IMG/VR virus record: IMGVR_UViG_3300027917_004314
From: a virus
Lineage: Duplodnaviria > Caudoviricetes
DNA: 64,000 bases
Direction: 5' to 3' (one strand)
In this document: piece by piece, positions 37,405-47,570 of the stretch
How the letters are laid out: each line of letters begins with the position of its first letter
Position numbering within the stretch: position 1 is the first letter of the stretch
Notes under the pieces: generated by a model
Databases searched by the model: none
What the model saw: only the letters and a program-made list of their open reading frames with translations
Told to the model about the DNA's origin: nothing
Made by a program: the position numbers and the translations under genes

Positions 37405-38934
37405 ATGGAAATTTTACAGCCTTCATGGAGAGGCAGATCTACGAACATAAGGAAAGACGCTAATGGTAGAAAATATACAGCAATGGTCGGCAAAAATTCG
37501 TTGTTGTATATTCCCATTCATGTTAAAGAAAAGTCCAATTACCGGGTTACCATAGAGCTATGCCGAGAAAGCGGCAACGGTATTGTTTTTTGTAATATAT
37601 ACGGTAACAAAAATTTTGACTTTCCTGCTAAGAAAATAGAGTGCAACGACGAGAATTGGTGCACATATGATATAGATATTGAAACAAAGTCCTTTCCTAA
37701 AACGGTACCAATGATGTTTAGGATATGGAGACCAGATAATGGCACTGGTACTGTGTTGATAAGAAAAGTTATTGTGGAGCTTTTAGAAAATAAAGTTGCT
37801 ACTGACGGAGACCCAATAATAGTGTCGACAGAAAATGTTGTGCCAATGCAACGCAATATAAGGCGCCATGTAAAATCAAATGCAAAACATGGCACCGGGG
37901 CGAGACCAAGGTCTAAAGTTAGGTCTGGGAATCGTAAACTTGGAACGCCACCTCATCAAATTGCTAGGGGATCACCGCACAGGAGAAAGCCAAGGCGACC
38001 AAAAGAAATTAAACCAATACTCCCTATTGGTAAGTTTATGCCAGAAGTAGACGAGTTGACTGCTGGAGAAGATGGAATTAAAAATTCTGTTATTATATCA
38101 ATTAGCAACAGGAGAGAGTTTTTCGACAGGACTCTGCTCACTTATGCCAAACAAACCATGCGCAAAGAAGAGTTTGAGTTGGTCGTCGTAGACGACGGCA
38201 GCACTGAAGATATTCTTGGGTTGTGTAAACAACATGCAAAAAAGTCTGGCCTACAGTTTCAATACATTAGAGCCGATTCAAACAGGGGCACGGTGCCACA
38301 ACGTGGATGGACGCCAGCTCTCACAAATAACATAGGGTTTCGGAAAGCTCGCGGTTCTGTGTTTATTATAACTGGGCCAGAGACCCTGCAGCGCGAAACA
38401 AACATGGAGAGAACGTGGTATGTGTGTCATGACCCTGTGTGTATATATGGGATAGTTTATAAATCTGATGCATCTTTTGTTGATGCAATTAGAAACAATT
38501 CCAGGTGGGTTGGATATGAGCATTTTACACACCTTATACGCAAATATACAACAAACCTAGAGCGACCTTCAACTGGCGGATTTTGGTGGTATTATGCGGC
38601 AACTAGAAAAGAATACATTATGACAGTCCGTGGCGTTGATGAAAGGTTTATGTTGGGCATAACTGCTGAAGACGATGATTTTGCAGAACGTATGAGATTT
38701 TTAGGGTTGAAGCTCGCACATGATTTCGAAATAATAGGAATACATCAAAATCACTCGCGTGAAGACAGAACATCTACAACACACGGATGGCGCTTTAATG
38801 AAACCAAATGGCGCAATATGCGAGCCCACAATATGAAACTTTTATATGATCGAAAAAGATCTGGTGATCCAATCGTCAATAAAGGCATTGACTGGGGGAC
38901 AGACATAGCGATATTGGATATGGAGGTGTTTTAA
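37405..38934 (+). CDS. GT2-like glycosyltransferase with N-terminal beta-sandwich and basic linker
   Basis: FELVVVDDGSTED, ITGPET, DERF..G..AEDDDF, GIHQNH (GT2/GT7C-type); N-terminal 130 aa CBM-like. Confidence 0.8.
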   Translation: MEILQPSWRGRSTNIRKDANGRKYTAMVGKNSLLYIPIHVKEKSNYRVTIELCRESGNGIVFCNIYGNKNFDFPAKKIECNDENWCTYDIDIETKSFPKTVPMMFRIWRPDNGTGTVLIRKVIVELLENKVATDGDPIIVSTENVVPMQRNIRRHVKSNAKHGTGARPRSKVRSGNRKLGTPPHQIARGSPHRRKPRRPKEIKPILPIGKFMPEVDELTAGEDGIKNSVIISISNRREFFDRTLLTYAKQTMRKEEFELVVVDDGSTEDILGLCKQHAKKSGLQFQYIRADSNRGTVPQRGWTPALTNNIGFRKARGSVFIITGPETLQRETNMERTWYVCHDPVCIYGIVYKSDASFVDAIRNNSRWVGYEHFTHLIRKYTTNLERPSTGGFWWYYAATRKEYIMTVRGVDERFMLGITAEDDDFAERMRFLGLKLAHDFEIIGIHQNHSREDRTSTTHGWRFNETKWRNMRAHNMKLLYDRKRSGDPIVNKGIDWGTDIAILDMEVF

Positions 38935-39779
38935 TGTCTGCTATTTGTATGCTTTTTAATGGTGGCATGTATGCAATAGAAGGCTGGGTGTGTCACTACA
39001 CTCTGCACCAACTAGATCCCGATCTCAAGGTGTATCTATTATGTATAGATAATGAAGTATTGGAAAAGGCAAAAACGCTGGTGGATAAAGGTGTTGTGCC
39101 AATTTCATTGCATGATTTTGAAAAAACGTATCCGAAATTATTAAATATTAAAAATTCTAGGGCTTTGAAGGAATATATTGTCACAATGAAGCCCTTTTTG
39201 CCTGAGTACATTTTTAATAACTTTGGAGAAGAGAAGTTGATTTTTGCAGACTCGGACATTGCGTTTTGGAATGATCCGTCCGAAATTTTTGAAGAGCTAG
39301 ATAAATGTTCTTTTTGGGCTAAAGATCATGAAATTGAACCACCAAGAAGTGCTGGCCGGTTTAATGTTGGTTTGCTAGGATACAAAGATGACAACAATTG
39401 TAGAACCTGGCTTAAGTGGTGGCAAGAAAGATGTATTGAATGGTGTCAATGGAGAGCACATAACGGTAAATTTGCAGAACAGGGATATTTAAATATATTA
39501 CATGATAACCCATCAAAGTTTAACGGATTTACATCCATAAAACATCCAGGCGTTAATCTAGCTCCATGGAATATATCGAAACATACGGTATATCAAGAAG
39601 ATAATAAACTAAAGGTGGATGGACAAAACCTAATTTGTTATCACTACCATGAATTTGAAATAACGAACAGAGGTTATCATCCCACGGGCTGGAAGTTGCC
39701 GCCTGGTACTAAACAACTAATCTACGAAAAGTATTTTGGGCTGGTTCAAAAATCTATGAGTAATATTTTGTGGAGATAA
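38934..39779 (+). CDS. GT-A fold glycosyltransferase (GT8 / nucleotide-diphospho-sugar transferase-like)
   Basis: LIFADSDIAF DxD motif, GRFNVGLLG, EQGYLN, HPGVNLAPWN, LICYHYH. Confidence 0.75.
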   Translation: MSAICMLFNGGMYAIEGWVCHYTLHQLDPDLKVYLLCIDNEVLEKAKTLVDKGVVPISLHDFEKTYPKLLNIKNSRALKEYIVTMKPFLPEYIFNNFGEEKLIFADSDIAFWNDPSEIFEELDKCSFWAKDHEIEPPRSAGRFNVGLLGYKDDNNCRTWLKWWQERCIEWCQWRAHNGKFAEQGYLNILHDNPSKFNGFTSIKHPGVNLAPWNISKHTVYQEDNKLKVDGQNLICYHYHEFEITNRGYHPTGWKLPPGTKQLIYEKYFGLVQKSMSNILWR

Positions 39780-39783
39780 TCCC

Positions 39784-40686
39784 ATGAAGATATCCTTTGG
39801 TATGATTGTATTTAATGGCGATTACGTATTAAACGAACTGTTGGAAACTATTTATAGTTTTGCACATGAAATTATAATTTCAGAGGGGCCGGTAAAACAC
39901 TACCAAAAACAGGGCCTAAAGGAATCAACGGATAATACCGTAGAAATTATAAAGTCTTTCCCTGACCCAGCTAATAAAATAAAGCTATTACAAAACCAAT
40001 GGGCCAATAAAGATGCCATGTGTAACGCGTTTTTAAAACACATGACAGGTGATTATGTTTGGCATGTTGATTCTGATGAGTTGTATAAGCCAGAAGATAT
40101 TGAGAAGGTAATTAAGTATTTGGAAAAAAACAAAAAAACATGTTTTTCTATGTCTTTTAAACTAGCATCATTTTATGGTGGCTTTCAAAGACAGATTTCC
40201 GGTTTCGAAGAAACATTTGAGGTACACAGAATCAAAAAAATTATTCCAGGGAGATCTAGGTGGATCACACATAGGCCGCCCACTATGCTGTGGCCGCCAA
40301 CCGGCAAAAAATGTAGGGATATGGGTCATGTTGACCATAATGTAACAGACACATGGGGCGTCAGGATTTTTCACTACTCTTTTGTTTTTCCAAAACAGGT
40401 TAAGGCGAAAACTAAATATTACTATGATCGAGATCCACGAGGCATAGTCCCAAACTATTGGGATAAACTATACGTTCCATGGATGCGTGCAACAACAGGC
40501 GAAGAAAAGCATAGAATTGAAATGCCGACCAGAGGAGTACATGTGTGGCTGCCACACAGAAGGGGTGATGCTTTTACAAAAGAATTTGATGACAAGCACC
40601 CAGCAGCAATAGAACAAGCCATACCGGCGTTAGAACAAAGAATCTTAGATGAAGGCAGAGACTTGGGTATATGGCCGCGAAAATGA
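39784..40686 (+). CDS. GT2-like glycosyltransferase
   Basis: KISFGMIVFNG...EIIISEG...STDNT...DYVWHVDSDELY...IFHYS. Confidence 0.75.
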   Translation: MKISFGMIVFNGDYVLNELLETIYSFAHEIIISEGPVKHYQKQGLKESTDNTVEIIKSFPDPANKIKLLQNQWANKDAMCNAFLKHMTGDYVWHVDSDELYKPEDIEKVIKYLEKNKKTCFSMSFKLASFYGGFQRQISGFEETFEVHRIKKIIPGRSRWITHRPPTMLWPPTGKKCRDMGHVDHNVTDTWGVRIFHYSFVFPKQVKAKTKYYYDRDPRGIVPNYWDKLYVPWMRATTGEEKHRIEMPTRGVHVWLPHRRGDAFTKEFDDKHPAAIEQAIPALEQRILDEGRDLGIWPRK

Positions 40687-41609
40687 AAATATACTCAGAT
40701 AAACGCTATTTAAAAAACCTGAAACACATTAGGCCGATACTAATGCCTTTCTGGGGACATGATGAAGACCATACTGCTCCAACTGCCGGCCGTTTCGATG
40801 ATTGGATTTCAAATGGACCTAATATATTCGAAATGGTTTCATTAGAAAACGCAGATATTGTCGTATACCCAATGGACCCAACAATAGATAGGAATGGTTT
40901 CAGGAGATTTCAGGAAGACACAAAAGATAAAAAAATCGTTGCTTTTTTTAATTCAGACTCAGATGAAATTCTTTCTTATAAGGACGGTGTGTACATTTTT
41001 AGAACATCTTTTTATAAATCGACACAACGTCATTCAGAATTTGCAGTACCAGGGTGGAGTGAAGATTGGGGAGCTTTTAAGCCTAGGTCTTGGGGCGAAA
41101 AGCCTGTTGTGGGCTTTTGCGGTCAGGTCCACAGGCCACAAATTAGGGCACGCAGTTTAGCTGTGCTCGAAGCAGATAAAAAAATAGAAACACATTTTAT
41201 TAAAAAACGTGCCTTTTGGGGTGGTTGGATTGATCGTGGAAAAAAGCCGCATGATGGTAAGATGCTTCGTAATGAGTTTGTTAACAACATAAAAAATAGC
41301 GATTATACCGTATGTGCAAGAGGTGGCGGCAATTTCTCGTATAGGATTTACGAGACGCTCATGAGTGGAAGAATCCCTATTTTTATTGACACAGACTGCG
41401 TGCTTCCATATGATTTTATCGTTGACTGGAAAAAAGAATTTCTGGTTGTTCGAGATACTGATATAAATCTGTTAGGGGCCAAACTAATAGAGTTTCATAA
41501 TTCAATACGCGAGCGTTTTGAAAACCGACAAGAACATATGAGGAAACTGTGGGAACAGTGGATTTCACCAACCGGGTTTTTTACAAACTTTAATAAACAC
41601 TTTGAGTAA
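40683..41609 (+). CDS. Exostosin-like (GT47) glycosyltransferase
   Basis: VGFCGQ, SDYTVCARGGGNFSYRIYETLMSGRIPIFIDTDCVLPY; ATGA overlap start (track 40671). Confidence 0.8.
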   Translation: MKIYSDKRYLKNLKHIRPILMPFWGHDEDHTAPTAGRFDDWISNGPNIFEMVSLENADIVVYPMDPTIDRNGFRRFQEDTKDKKIVAFFNSDSDEILSYKDGVYIFRTSFYKSTQRHSEFAVPGWSEDWGAFKPRSWGEKPVVGFCGQVHRPQIRARSLAVLEADKKIETHFIKKRAFWGGWIDRGKKPHDGKMLRNEFVNNIKNSDYTVCARGGGNFSYRIYETLMSGRIPIFIDTDCVLPYDFIVDWKKEFLVVRDTDINLLGAKLIEFHNSIRERFENRQEHMRKLWEQWISPTGFFTNFNKHFE

Positions 41610-41618
41610 GGAGCTAAA

Positions 41619-42266
41619 ATGAAGGCTACGGGCGACAGCTGGAAACATGAAGAAATTCCGAAAAGGCAGTATGAGTTGACTAGCAAAGAATTAGATGATT
41701 TAAAAAATAACGAGCCACACATTGTGTGGCAAACTATTTGTGACACCATAAATGAACATATACCAAGTGAGATTAAAACGGTATTAGATTTTGGTTGTGC
41801 TTCCGGTTATTTCTACGATGTTTTTCGCCACCTGCTTAAGAACATTCTTGGATATGTTGGAGCAGATTATTCAGATGAAATGGTTAAGCTTGCACGACAA
41901 AATTATCCAGATGTTTATTTTTTTGTTGATGATGTAAGAAACATAACCCTACCAGATAAATCTCAAGATTTCGTTTTTTCTAATGCTGTTTTAGAACATG
42001 TTCCAGAATGGCGAAAGGGTTTTACAGAACTGTGTAGAATAACGTCAAAATATTTAATGCTAAGCAAGATGCCCACTGATGATGAATCTTTTAGTACCAT
42101 TGAGAAAGAAATATATGGCGGTATCCCGGTCTTTTTTAATAAATTTAACCGTTCTGATATTATCGAATTGGCACGAAACGAAGGTTTCAGCCTAGTATGC
42201 GAGAAAAAAACGCACCCGGCCGCAAACAACATATATAGAATTTTCGTTTTCAAAAGAGAGGAATAA
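41619..42266 (+). CDS. Class I SAM-dependent methyltransferase
   Basis: VLDFGCASG, GADYS..MV, DFVFSNAVLEHV. Confidence 0.85.
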   Translation: MKATGDSWKHEEIPKRQYELTSKELDDLKNNEPHIVWQTICDTINEHIPSEIKTVLDFGCASGYFYDVFRHLLKNILGYVGADYSDEMVKLARQNYPDVYFFVDDVRNITLPDKSQDFVFSNAVLEHVPEWRKGFTELCRITSKYLMLSKMPTDDESFSTIEKEIYGGIPVFFNKFNRSDIIELARNEGFSLVCEKKTHPAANNIYRIFVFKREE

Positions 42267-43217
42267 ATGAAAGTTTATTGCATTATAACAACAGTAGCTT
42301 TTTGTCAGCTATCCTGTCCATTCTGTAGGGCTGGTAATGCACTTAGGAAAGAATATGATTTTGTTAAGCGTGGCAAGATGTCTGCAGAAACATTGACAAA
42401 TATAATGGACAAGGTTCCTTTTACGAAGTGTAACTACCACAATTGGGGAGAACCGCTGCTGCATCCGAACATAGTGGAATTTGTGGAGGAAGGTAAGCGA
42501 AGAAATAAAATGATAGAGCTGCACACCAATATGCAGAAAATGACACCAGAAACGGCCGAAGGCTTTGTTAAGGCGAAAATAGATATAATTTCAGTATCTT
42601 GTGATGGTACGACTCAAGAAGTGTATGAAAAATATCGTGTTGGTGGGAACTTAGAAAAGGTGATTAAGGGCGCAGAGTTACTTGCTCATTTCAAAAAAAA
42701 GCATAACTCAAAGTTTCCACACATCAGGTGGCAAATGGTTGTAAACAAACATAATCAACACCAAGCCGATGAGTTCAAACGCTTTGCATTAAGCCATGGG
42801 GCTAACACTGCGGTATGTGCTGATATGTATTCTCAGACTCCCGAGGGTTGGTTTAAAATTAAGGAGTATGCTACAACCGACAAAAGGTGGAAAGCGGTTA
42901 AAGTAATAGGAACGGTTACAAAATGTAATGAGCCAAATCACCGGTTTGCCGTAGACTGGAATGGTGATGTATATACGTGTTGCAACACAGTAGGGATAGA
43001 AAGTTATAAAATGGGCAACATAAACGAGCAGAGTTTTGAAGAGATTTGGCATGGAGACAAATATGAATATGTTAGAAGGTTTTGTAAAACTGGCAAACCA
43101 GAAGACAATGGTTTCGAAATACAATGCCACGCATGTTTTGACAAATTCCCTAATGATAAGATGAGAAATGGTGATATGTGGGCACGTTGTTTAGCTGCTC
43201 GTAAAAACGCGGAGTAA
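42267..43217 (+). CDS. Radical SAM / SPASM-domain protein
   Basis: CQLSCPFC, WGEPLLHP, HTN, SCDG; C-terminal C...VDWNGDVYTCC..MGNINEQSFEEIW...C..C. Confidence 0.9.
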   Translation: MKVYCIITTVAFCQLSCPFCRAGNALRKEYDFVKRGKMSAETLTNIMDKVPFTKCNYHNWGEPLLHPNIVEFVEEGKRRNKMIELHTNMQKMTPETAEGFVKAKIDIISVSCDGTTQEVYEKYRVGGNLEKVIKGAELLAHFKKKHNSKFPHIRWQMVVNKHNQHQADEFKRFALSHGANTAVCADMYSQTPEGWFKIKEYATTDKRWKAVKVIGTVTKCNEPNHRFAVDWNGDVYTCCNTVGIESYKMGNINEQSFEEIWHGDKYEYVRRFCKTGKPEDNGFEIQCHACFDKFPNDKMRNGDMWARCLAARKNAE

Positions 43218-43219
43218 CA

Positions 43220-44653
43220 ATGGTTTCGGTTATAAAACTGCTTGGTGTGGAAAGGTCTGCCACTACTTACTGTCAGTGGCTAATAGTAAATAATTTTGAT
43301 AATGTAATAGTAACGGTTGCCGCACTGGGTGGTAAACACTATATGTTGCCCGACTATTTCCATACCATTGATTGGGTAGATGGTACAGCTCCGCCACAAA
43401 AGGAGTTGGTCGATAAGGTTATATCTGGGTTAAAACAAGAAATAGGTAAAAATTGGAGTGCCAGGCATGGCATACCATGGGATTGTACTCCAAAACGAGC
43501 AAAAAGCTGTGCACATACTTCTACGCATGCTGAAAAGCATGTTAAAAAGGCTTTGGAGATGTCATCAATCAAATTTGTTTTATGTACTAAAAACCCATAC
43601 AGCTGGTTTCTAAGTTCACTTAGAAGGTTTAAGCCAAAAAATAAAAAACATTCGAGAGAGCGGCTTATAAGAGAAAGGGTCGGCGGTTGGGTCAGGAGAA
43701 ACAAAAAATGGCTGGAATTTTATGAAAAAAATGAACAAGTATCTTTTATTTTTAAATACGAAGATGTGTTGGCCAATCATACAAAAATTCTAACGCAATT
43801 AGAACAAAAATTAAAGTTGACAAAAATCGACGAAAATTACAAAGATGTTGCAAAATATTTCTTGTCATCCGGAAAACTTACAGCAAAGCGCTTTGATAGA
43901 ACATATTATACTAAACAAAAATTTATGGGGGAGTTAAGTCAAAAAGATATTAAAATTTTTGAGGATGTTTTGCCAAAGGATTTAATGGATAAGTTGGGAT
44001 ATGAAATATACCAAGAGTCTGAGGTGGCAAAACGACCGGCACAAAAACAAATAGTAGTGGCAGAGACAAATGAAATAACTAAAGCAACAAAGTCATGGGA
44101 AGAACGCCTGAAAGAAATAAGAAACCATCTTAAAAACGACAAAGTGTCAAATTTTAAACAATGGGGTGTGATTAAGCAGACCATGCTGGTTTCAGAAGCA
44201 AAATATAACGATTTTTTTCAAATTCTAGAGGAACACGTAAAGTGGCCTTCTTACAAACAAATCATTGAGTTCGGAGCCGGATTTGGGTGTTTGTGCAAAA
44301 TGATATTTGAAAATGGATTTGGCGGCACATATTATACCTTTGATTTTCCAGAATTGCTGCAACTTCAAAAACACTATTTAGAAGGGCTTAATGTTAAGTT
44401 TACAAATAATTTTCATGAATTGCCAACTATACAAGATGACTCTTTGTTTATATCCGTTAACGCGTTAGAAGAGGCTCCTCAAAATGTTAGCAAGCGCATG
44501 TTTGAATACATCATGGATTGCAGAGATTTTATATTTAAGTTCTGTGCCGGCTCGCGTCAATTTTCAAATTTCTCTAACAGTGTCGATAGGGAATGGATAA
44601 GCATAAAAAATTTCGCGAATCGCGCACATATATTAATAGGCAAGAGGAAATAA
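43220..44653 (+). CDS. Sulfotransferase-like domain fused to sugar O-methyltransferase-like domain
   Basis: N: LGVERSATT (5'-PSB), KNPYSWFLS (3'-PB), FKYEDVL. C: IIEFGAGFGCL, YYTFDFPELLQLQKHYL. Confidence 0.7.
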   Translation: MVSVIKLLGVERSATTYCQWLIVNNFDNVIVTVAALGGKHYMLPDYFHTIDWVDGTAPPQKELVDKVISGLKQEIGKNWSARHGIPWDCTPKRAKSCAHTSTHAEKHVKKALEMSSIKFVLCTKNPYSWFLSSLRRFKPKNKKHSRERLIRERVGGWVRRNKKWLEFYEKNEQVSFIFKYEDVLANHTKILTQLEQKLKLTKIDENYKDVAKYFLSSGKLTAKRFDRTYYTKQKFMGELSQKDIKIFEDVLPKDLMDKLGYEIYQESEVAKRPAQKQIVVAETNEITKATKSWEERLKEIRNHLKNDKVSNFKQWGVIKQTMLVSEAKYNDFFQILEEHVKWPSYKQIIEFGAGFGCLCKMIFENGFGGTYYTFDFPELLQLQKHYLEGLNVKFTNNFHELPTIQDDSLFISVNALEEAPQNVSKRMFEYIMDCRDFIFKFCAGSRQFSNFSNSVDREWISIKNFANRAHILIGKRK

Positions 44654-45925
44654 ATGAAAAATATTGAAAGGCTGCGCGGTGTAATAGATCTATTTCTTGA
44701 AAATTCAGAGCGTATAAATAGCAAAAAAGAACATAAATATTGGTATCCGCTTAGCATGGCTGTGTATGGTGTGGATGAAATTTTAGAGGCGTTAGATTCT
44801 ATGTGTTCATTTCGCACCACAATGTGGGAAAAAACTGAGCAGTTTGAGAAAATGTTTGCACAATATATTGGGTGTGCTGAAGCTGTTATGGTAAACAGTG
44901 GTTCTTCGGCTGACCTTATATTGACACACCTATTAAGAAAAAAGGTTGGCAGCGATTCAGATAAAAACGCTGTTATAATGCCAGCTGTGACTTGGCCCAC
45001 TCAAATTTGGTCTACCATAAATGCTGGATTTGATGTACGACTAGTGGATATTGATCCAATAACATTAAATATTTGTTATGCTGAGCTGGAAAAAGCTGTG
45101 GACGATCGCACAGCTGCAATATTTTTGGTGCATTTAATGGGCAACCCGTGTGACGCTGATAGAGTTAAGAGTATAATAGGTGACAGAGACATAGAAATAT
45201 TAGAGGACTGTTGTGAGTCGTTAGGGGCGACCATATGTGGTAAACACACTGGAAATTTTGGTTTTGGTGGCTCATATTCTTTTTTCTTTTCTCACCATAT
45301 GACGACCATGGAAGGTGGTATGATTGTCCTCAACTCGCCAGAATTGGCTGCGCAGGCACGCATAATGAGGGCTCATGGATGGACGAGGAACGTTGAATTT
45401 AGTGGTTACGGGGACATAGATCCAAGATACACTTTTGTAGATGATGGATTTAACCTCAGACCCACAGAATTACAGGCTGCTTTTGGACTGCACCAGTTGA
45501 AGAAACTGGGCGATTTTAATAGGAAAAGAGAGATTTTATCTACTAAATTTTTTGCATATATAAGTAGAAAAAAATGGGTGCATTGTCCTATTAGCTTCGG
45601 CCAACCATCTTGGTTAGGATTACCAATTATAGTAAAGCGTAATGCTCCTTTTTCCAGAAATGAGATGGTACGATATCTTGAGTCGCAGGGAATTGAGACC
45701 AGGCCTATTGTTGCTGGGAACTTGATGCGTCACCCAGTAGCTTCAAAAGTAAAAATGGAAATATTTGGTACACTTGATGGCGCAGACAGGATTCATGATT
45801 GCGGATTTTATATCGGATTATCACCAATGTTTGAGGAACACCACATCGATAGGCTCACGGAAATATTTGATGCTTATTTAAGAGTTTATGGAGACGGAGA
45901 GTATGATATCAGGACCACATATTGA
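44654..45925 (+). CDS. colD: GDP-4-keto-6-deoxy-mannose 3-dehydratase (ColD-like, PLP-dependent, DegT family)
   Basis: SFFFSHHMTTMEGG (His where DegT aminotransferases have the Schiff-base Lys), LEDCCES, RAHGWTRN, GIETRPIVAGN, N-terminal YPL. Confidence 0.75.
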   Translation: MKNIERLRGVIDLFLENSERINSKKEHKYWYPLSMAVYGVDEILEALDSMCSFRTTMWEKTEQFEKMFAQYIGCAEAVMVNSGSSADLILTHLLRKKVGSDSDKNAVIMPAVTWPTQIWSTINAGFDVRLVDIDPITLNICYAELEKAVDDRTAAIFLVHLMGNPCDADRVKSIIGDRDIEILEDCCESLGATICGKHTGNFGFGGSYSFFFSHHMTTMEGGMIVLNSPELAAQARIMRAHGWTRNVEFSGYGDIDPRYTFVDDGFNLRPTELQAAFGLHQLKKLGDFNRKREILSTKFFAYISRKKWVHCPISFGQPSWLGLPIIVKRNAPFSRNEMVRYLESQGIETRPIVAGNLMRHPVASKVKMEIFGTLDGADRIHDCGFYIGLSPMFEEHHIDRLTEIFDAYLRVYGDGEYDIRTTY

Positions 45926-46619
45926 TGATTTGCCGACTGATGATGGCATGGAAAATAAAACTGTCGTACTGATGATAACATGTAGGCGCTACGAACAAGC
46001 TTGGGATCCGTTTGTAACGTTGTTTAAAAGGTATTGGCCAGATTGCCCATATAGATTTGTGGTCGGTACAGACTTTGGTACGATAGACGGCGTAGAGACA
46101 ATTACTATAGGAAAAGATTTGGGTTGGTCAGATAATTGCATTTATCTACTTGAGCAGTTAGAAGAAGAAAGGGTTATCTTATTTTTCGAAGATTTTTTAC
46201 CTATGGCACCATTTAATACTGAACGTATAAGAAAATTGGTCCGGCACTCGTATGACCACGATATTGGCTGTCTGCGGCTAGCACCTTGTCCAGGTCCTAC
46301 GGCACCATGGGACAAAACAAAATCGCTTGGCGTATTACAACCACAGGACCCGTACAGGCTATCTTTGCAAACAGCGTTGTGGAAAAGAACTCTTTTGTTA
46401 GATTTACTGCAGCCTGGAGAAACTGGGTGGGCCACTGAAGTAAAGGGTACGGTTAGAGCCAGCAAGCGAACCGAGCCTTTTGTTAGCGTGTGGAGAGGAG
46501 AATCTCCGACTCCATATTATATTACTGCAATAGTCAAAGGTGTGTGGCAAGACAAAGCATTAGAAATGCTAGCTAAGGAAAAGATACCTATGGATAAAAT
46601 TACTAAAAGAATTAAATAG
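45888..46619 (+). CDS. Putative GT-A fold glycosyltransferase
   Basis: VLMITC..Y, W..NC..L..L, VILFFEDFL, SLQTALWKR; context. Confidence 0.5.
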   Translation: METESMISGPHIDDLPTDDGMENKTVVLMITCRRYEQAWDPFVTLFKRYWPDCPYRFVVGTDFGTIDGVETITIGKDLGWSDNCIYLLEQLEEERVILFFEDFLPMAPFNTERIRKLVRHSYDHDIGCLRLAPCPGPTAPWDKTKSLGVLQPQDPYRLSLQTALWKRTLLLDLLQPGETGWATEVKGTVRASKRTEPFVSVWRGESPTPYYITAIVKGVWQDKALEMLAKEKIPMDKITKRIK

Positions 46620-46627
46620 AGGTATGT

Positions 46628-47560
46628 ATGTCTGGCAAACTAGCGTCTATACTTATTCCAACGCGTAATCGATTTGATAGCTTACTTAAAGCTATCAACT
46701 CTATCGTGAACACCACCAAAGATTTGTCTAGAGTAGAAATTCTAATTAGATTTGATGAAGACGATGAAAGTTCAATCTCTAGAATAAAAGAGTTGCCAAC
46801 AGATGAAATCGATATTAATATAATAATCGGTAAACGATACAAATATGAAGAGTTGCACCGATATGTTAATGAGATGTGTGAGGAAACGAAGGGAGAATTT
46901 ATAGTTTGGTTTAACGACGATTGTATTATACAAAGCAATGGCTGGGATGACATCATTGCAGAATATATAGGGAAAACAATTTGTTTTTATCCCAACAATA
47001 AAAAAACTGGGTCCGGGAATATTTTCCCGATAATAAGCAGAAAAATTTATGAAACGTTGGGGCATTTCTCTTTATCTCAGCAGGTGGATACTTGGCAGGC
47101 ACATGTGTGTAATAAAGCTGGTCTGGAAATTAGAAGAGATGATCTTGTATTTATACATAATAGAAAACAATCATATGTGTCAGATGAAAACAGACAATCG
47201 ATTCTAAACAAAACACGTCGAGTATGGAACAAAACCAAGAAGAAACGACTGGAAGATGTGGAAAAATTGAAAAAGAAATTTGGAAGGGCAGAAAAACCAG
47301 CGGCAGATAAAAAGAAAAAAACTGCAGATAAAAAGAAAGTTGATCAAAAAACGACAAAAGCACAGAAAAAGGTTGAAGATGCAAGAAAAGCCGCAAGAGC
47401 GGCTCGCTGGAGAAAAGATGTAGCAAGAAAAGAAGCTGCAAAGAAGAAAGCTGAAGAGACGGAAAAAATAGAAGAAGCTAAAAAGGCTGCTCGTGCGGAG
47501 AGATGGAAAAAAGCCGCCGCTAAAAAGGAAGCTGAGGCGGCAAGAAAAAAGAAGAAATAG
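46628..47560 (+). CDS. GT2-like glycosyltransferase with Lys/Ala-rich C-terminal tail
   Basis: SILIPTRNR, EILIRFDEDD, FIVWFNDDC; last ~95 aa KKAARA.RW.K repeats. Confidence 0.8.
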   Translation: MSGKLASILIPTRNRFDSLLKAINSIVNTTKDLSRVEILIRFDEDDESSISRIKELPTDEIDINIIIGKRYKYEELHRYVNEMCEETKGEFIVWFNDDCIIQSNGWDDIIAEYIGKTICFYPNNKKTGSGNIFPIISRKIYETLGHFSLSQQVDTWQAHVCNKAGLEIRRDDLVFIHNRKQSYVSDENRQSILNKTRRVWNKTKKKRLEDVEKLKKKFGRAEKPAADKKKKTADKKKVDQKTTKAQKKVEDARKAARAARWRKDVARKEAAKKKAEETEKIEEAKKAARAERWKKAAAKKEAEAARKKKK

Positions 47561-47570
47561 GGGCAAACAG

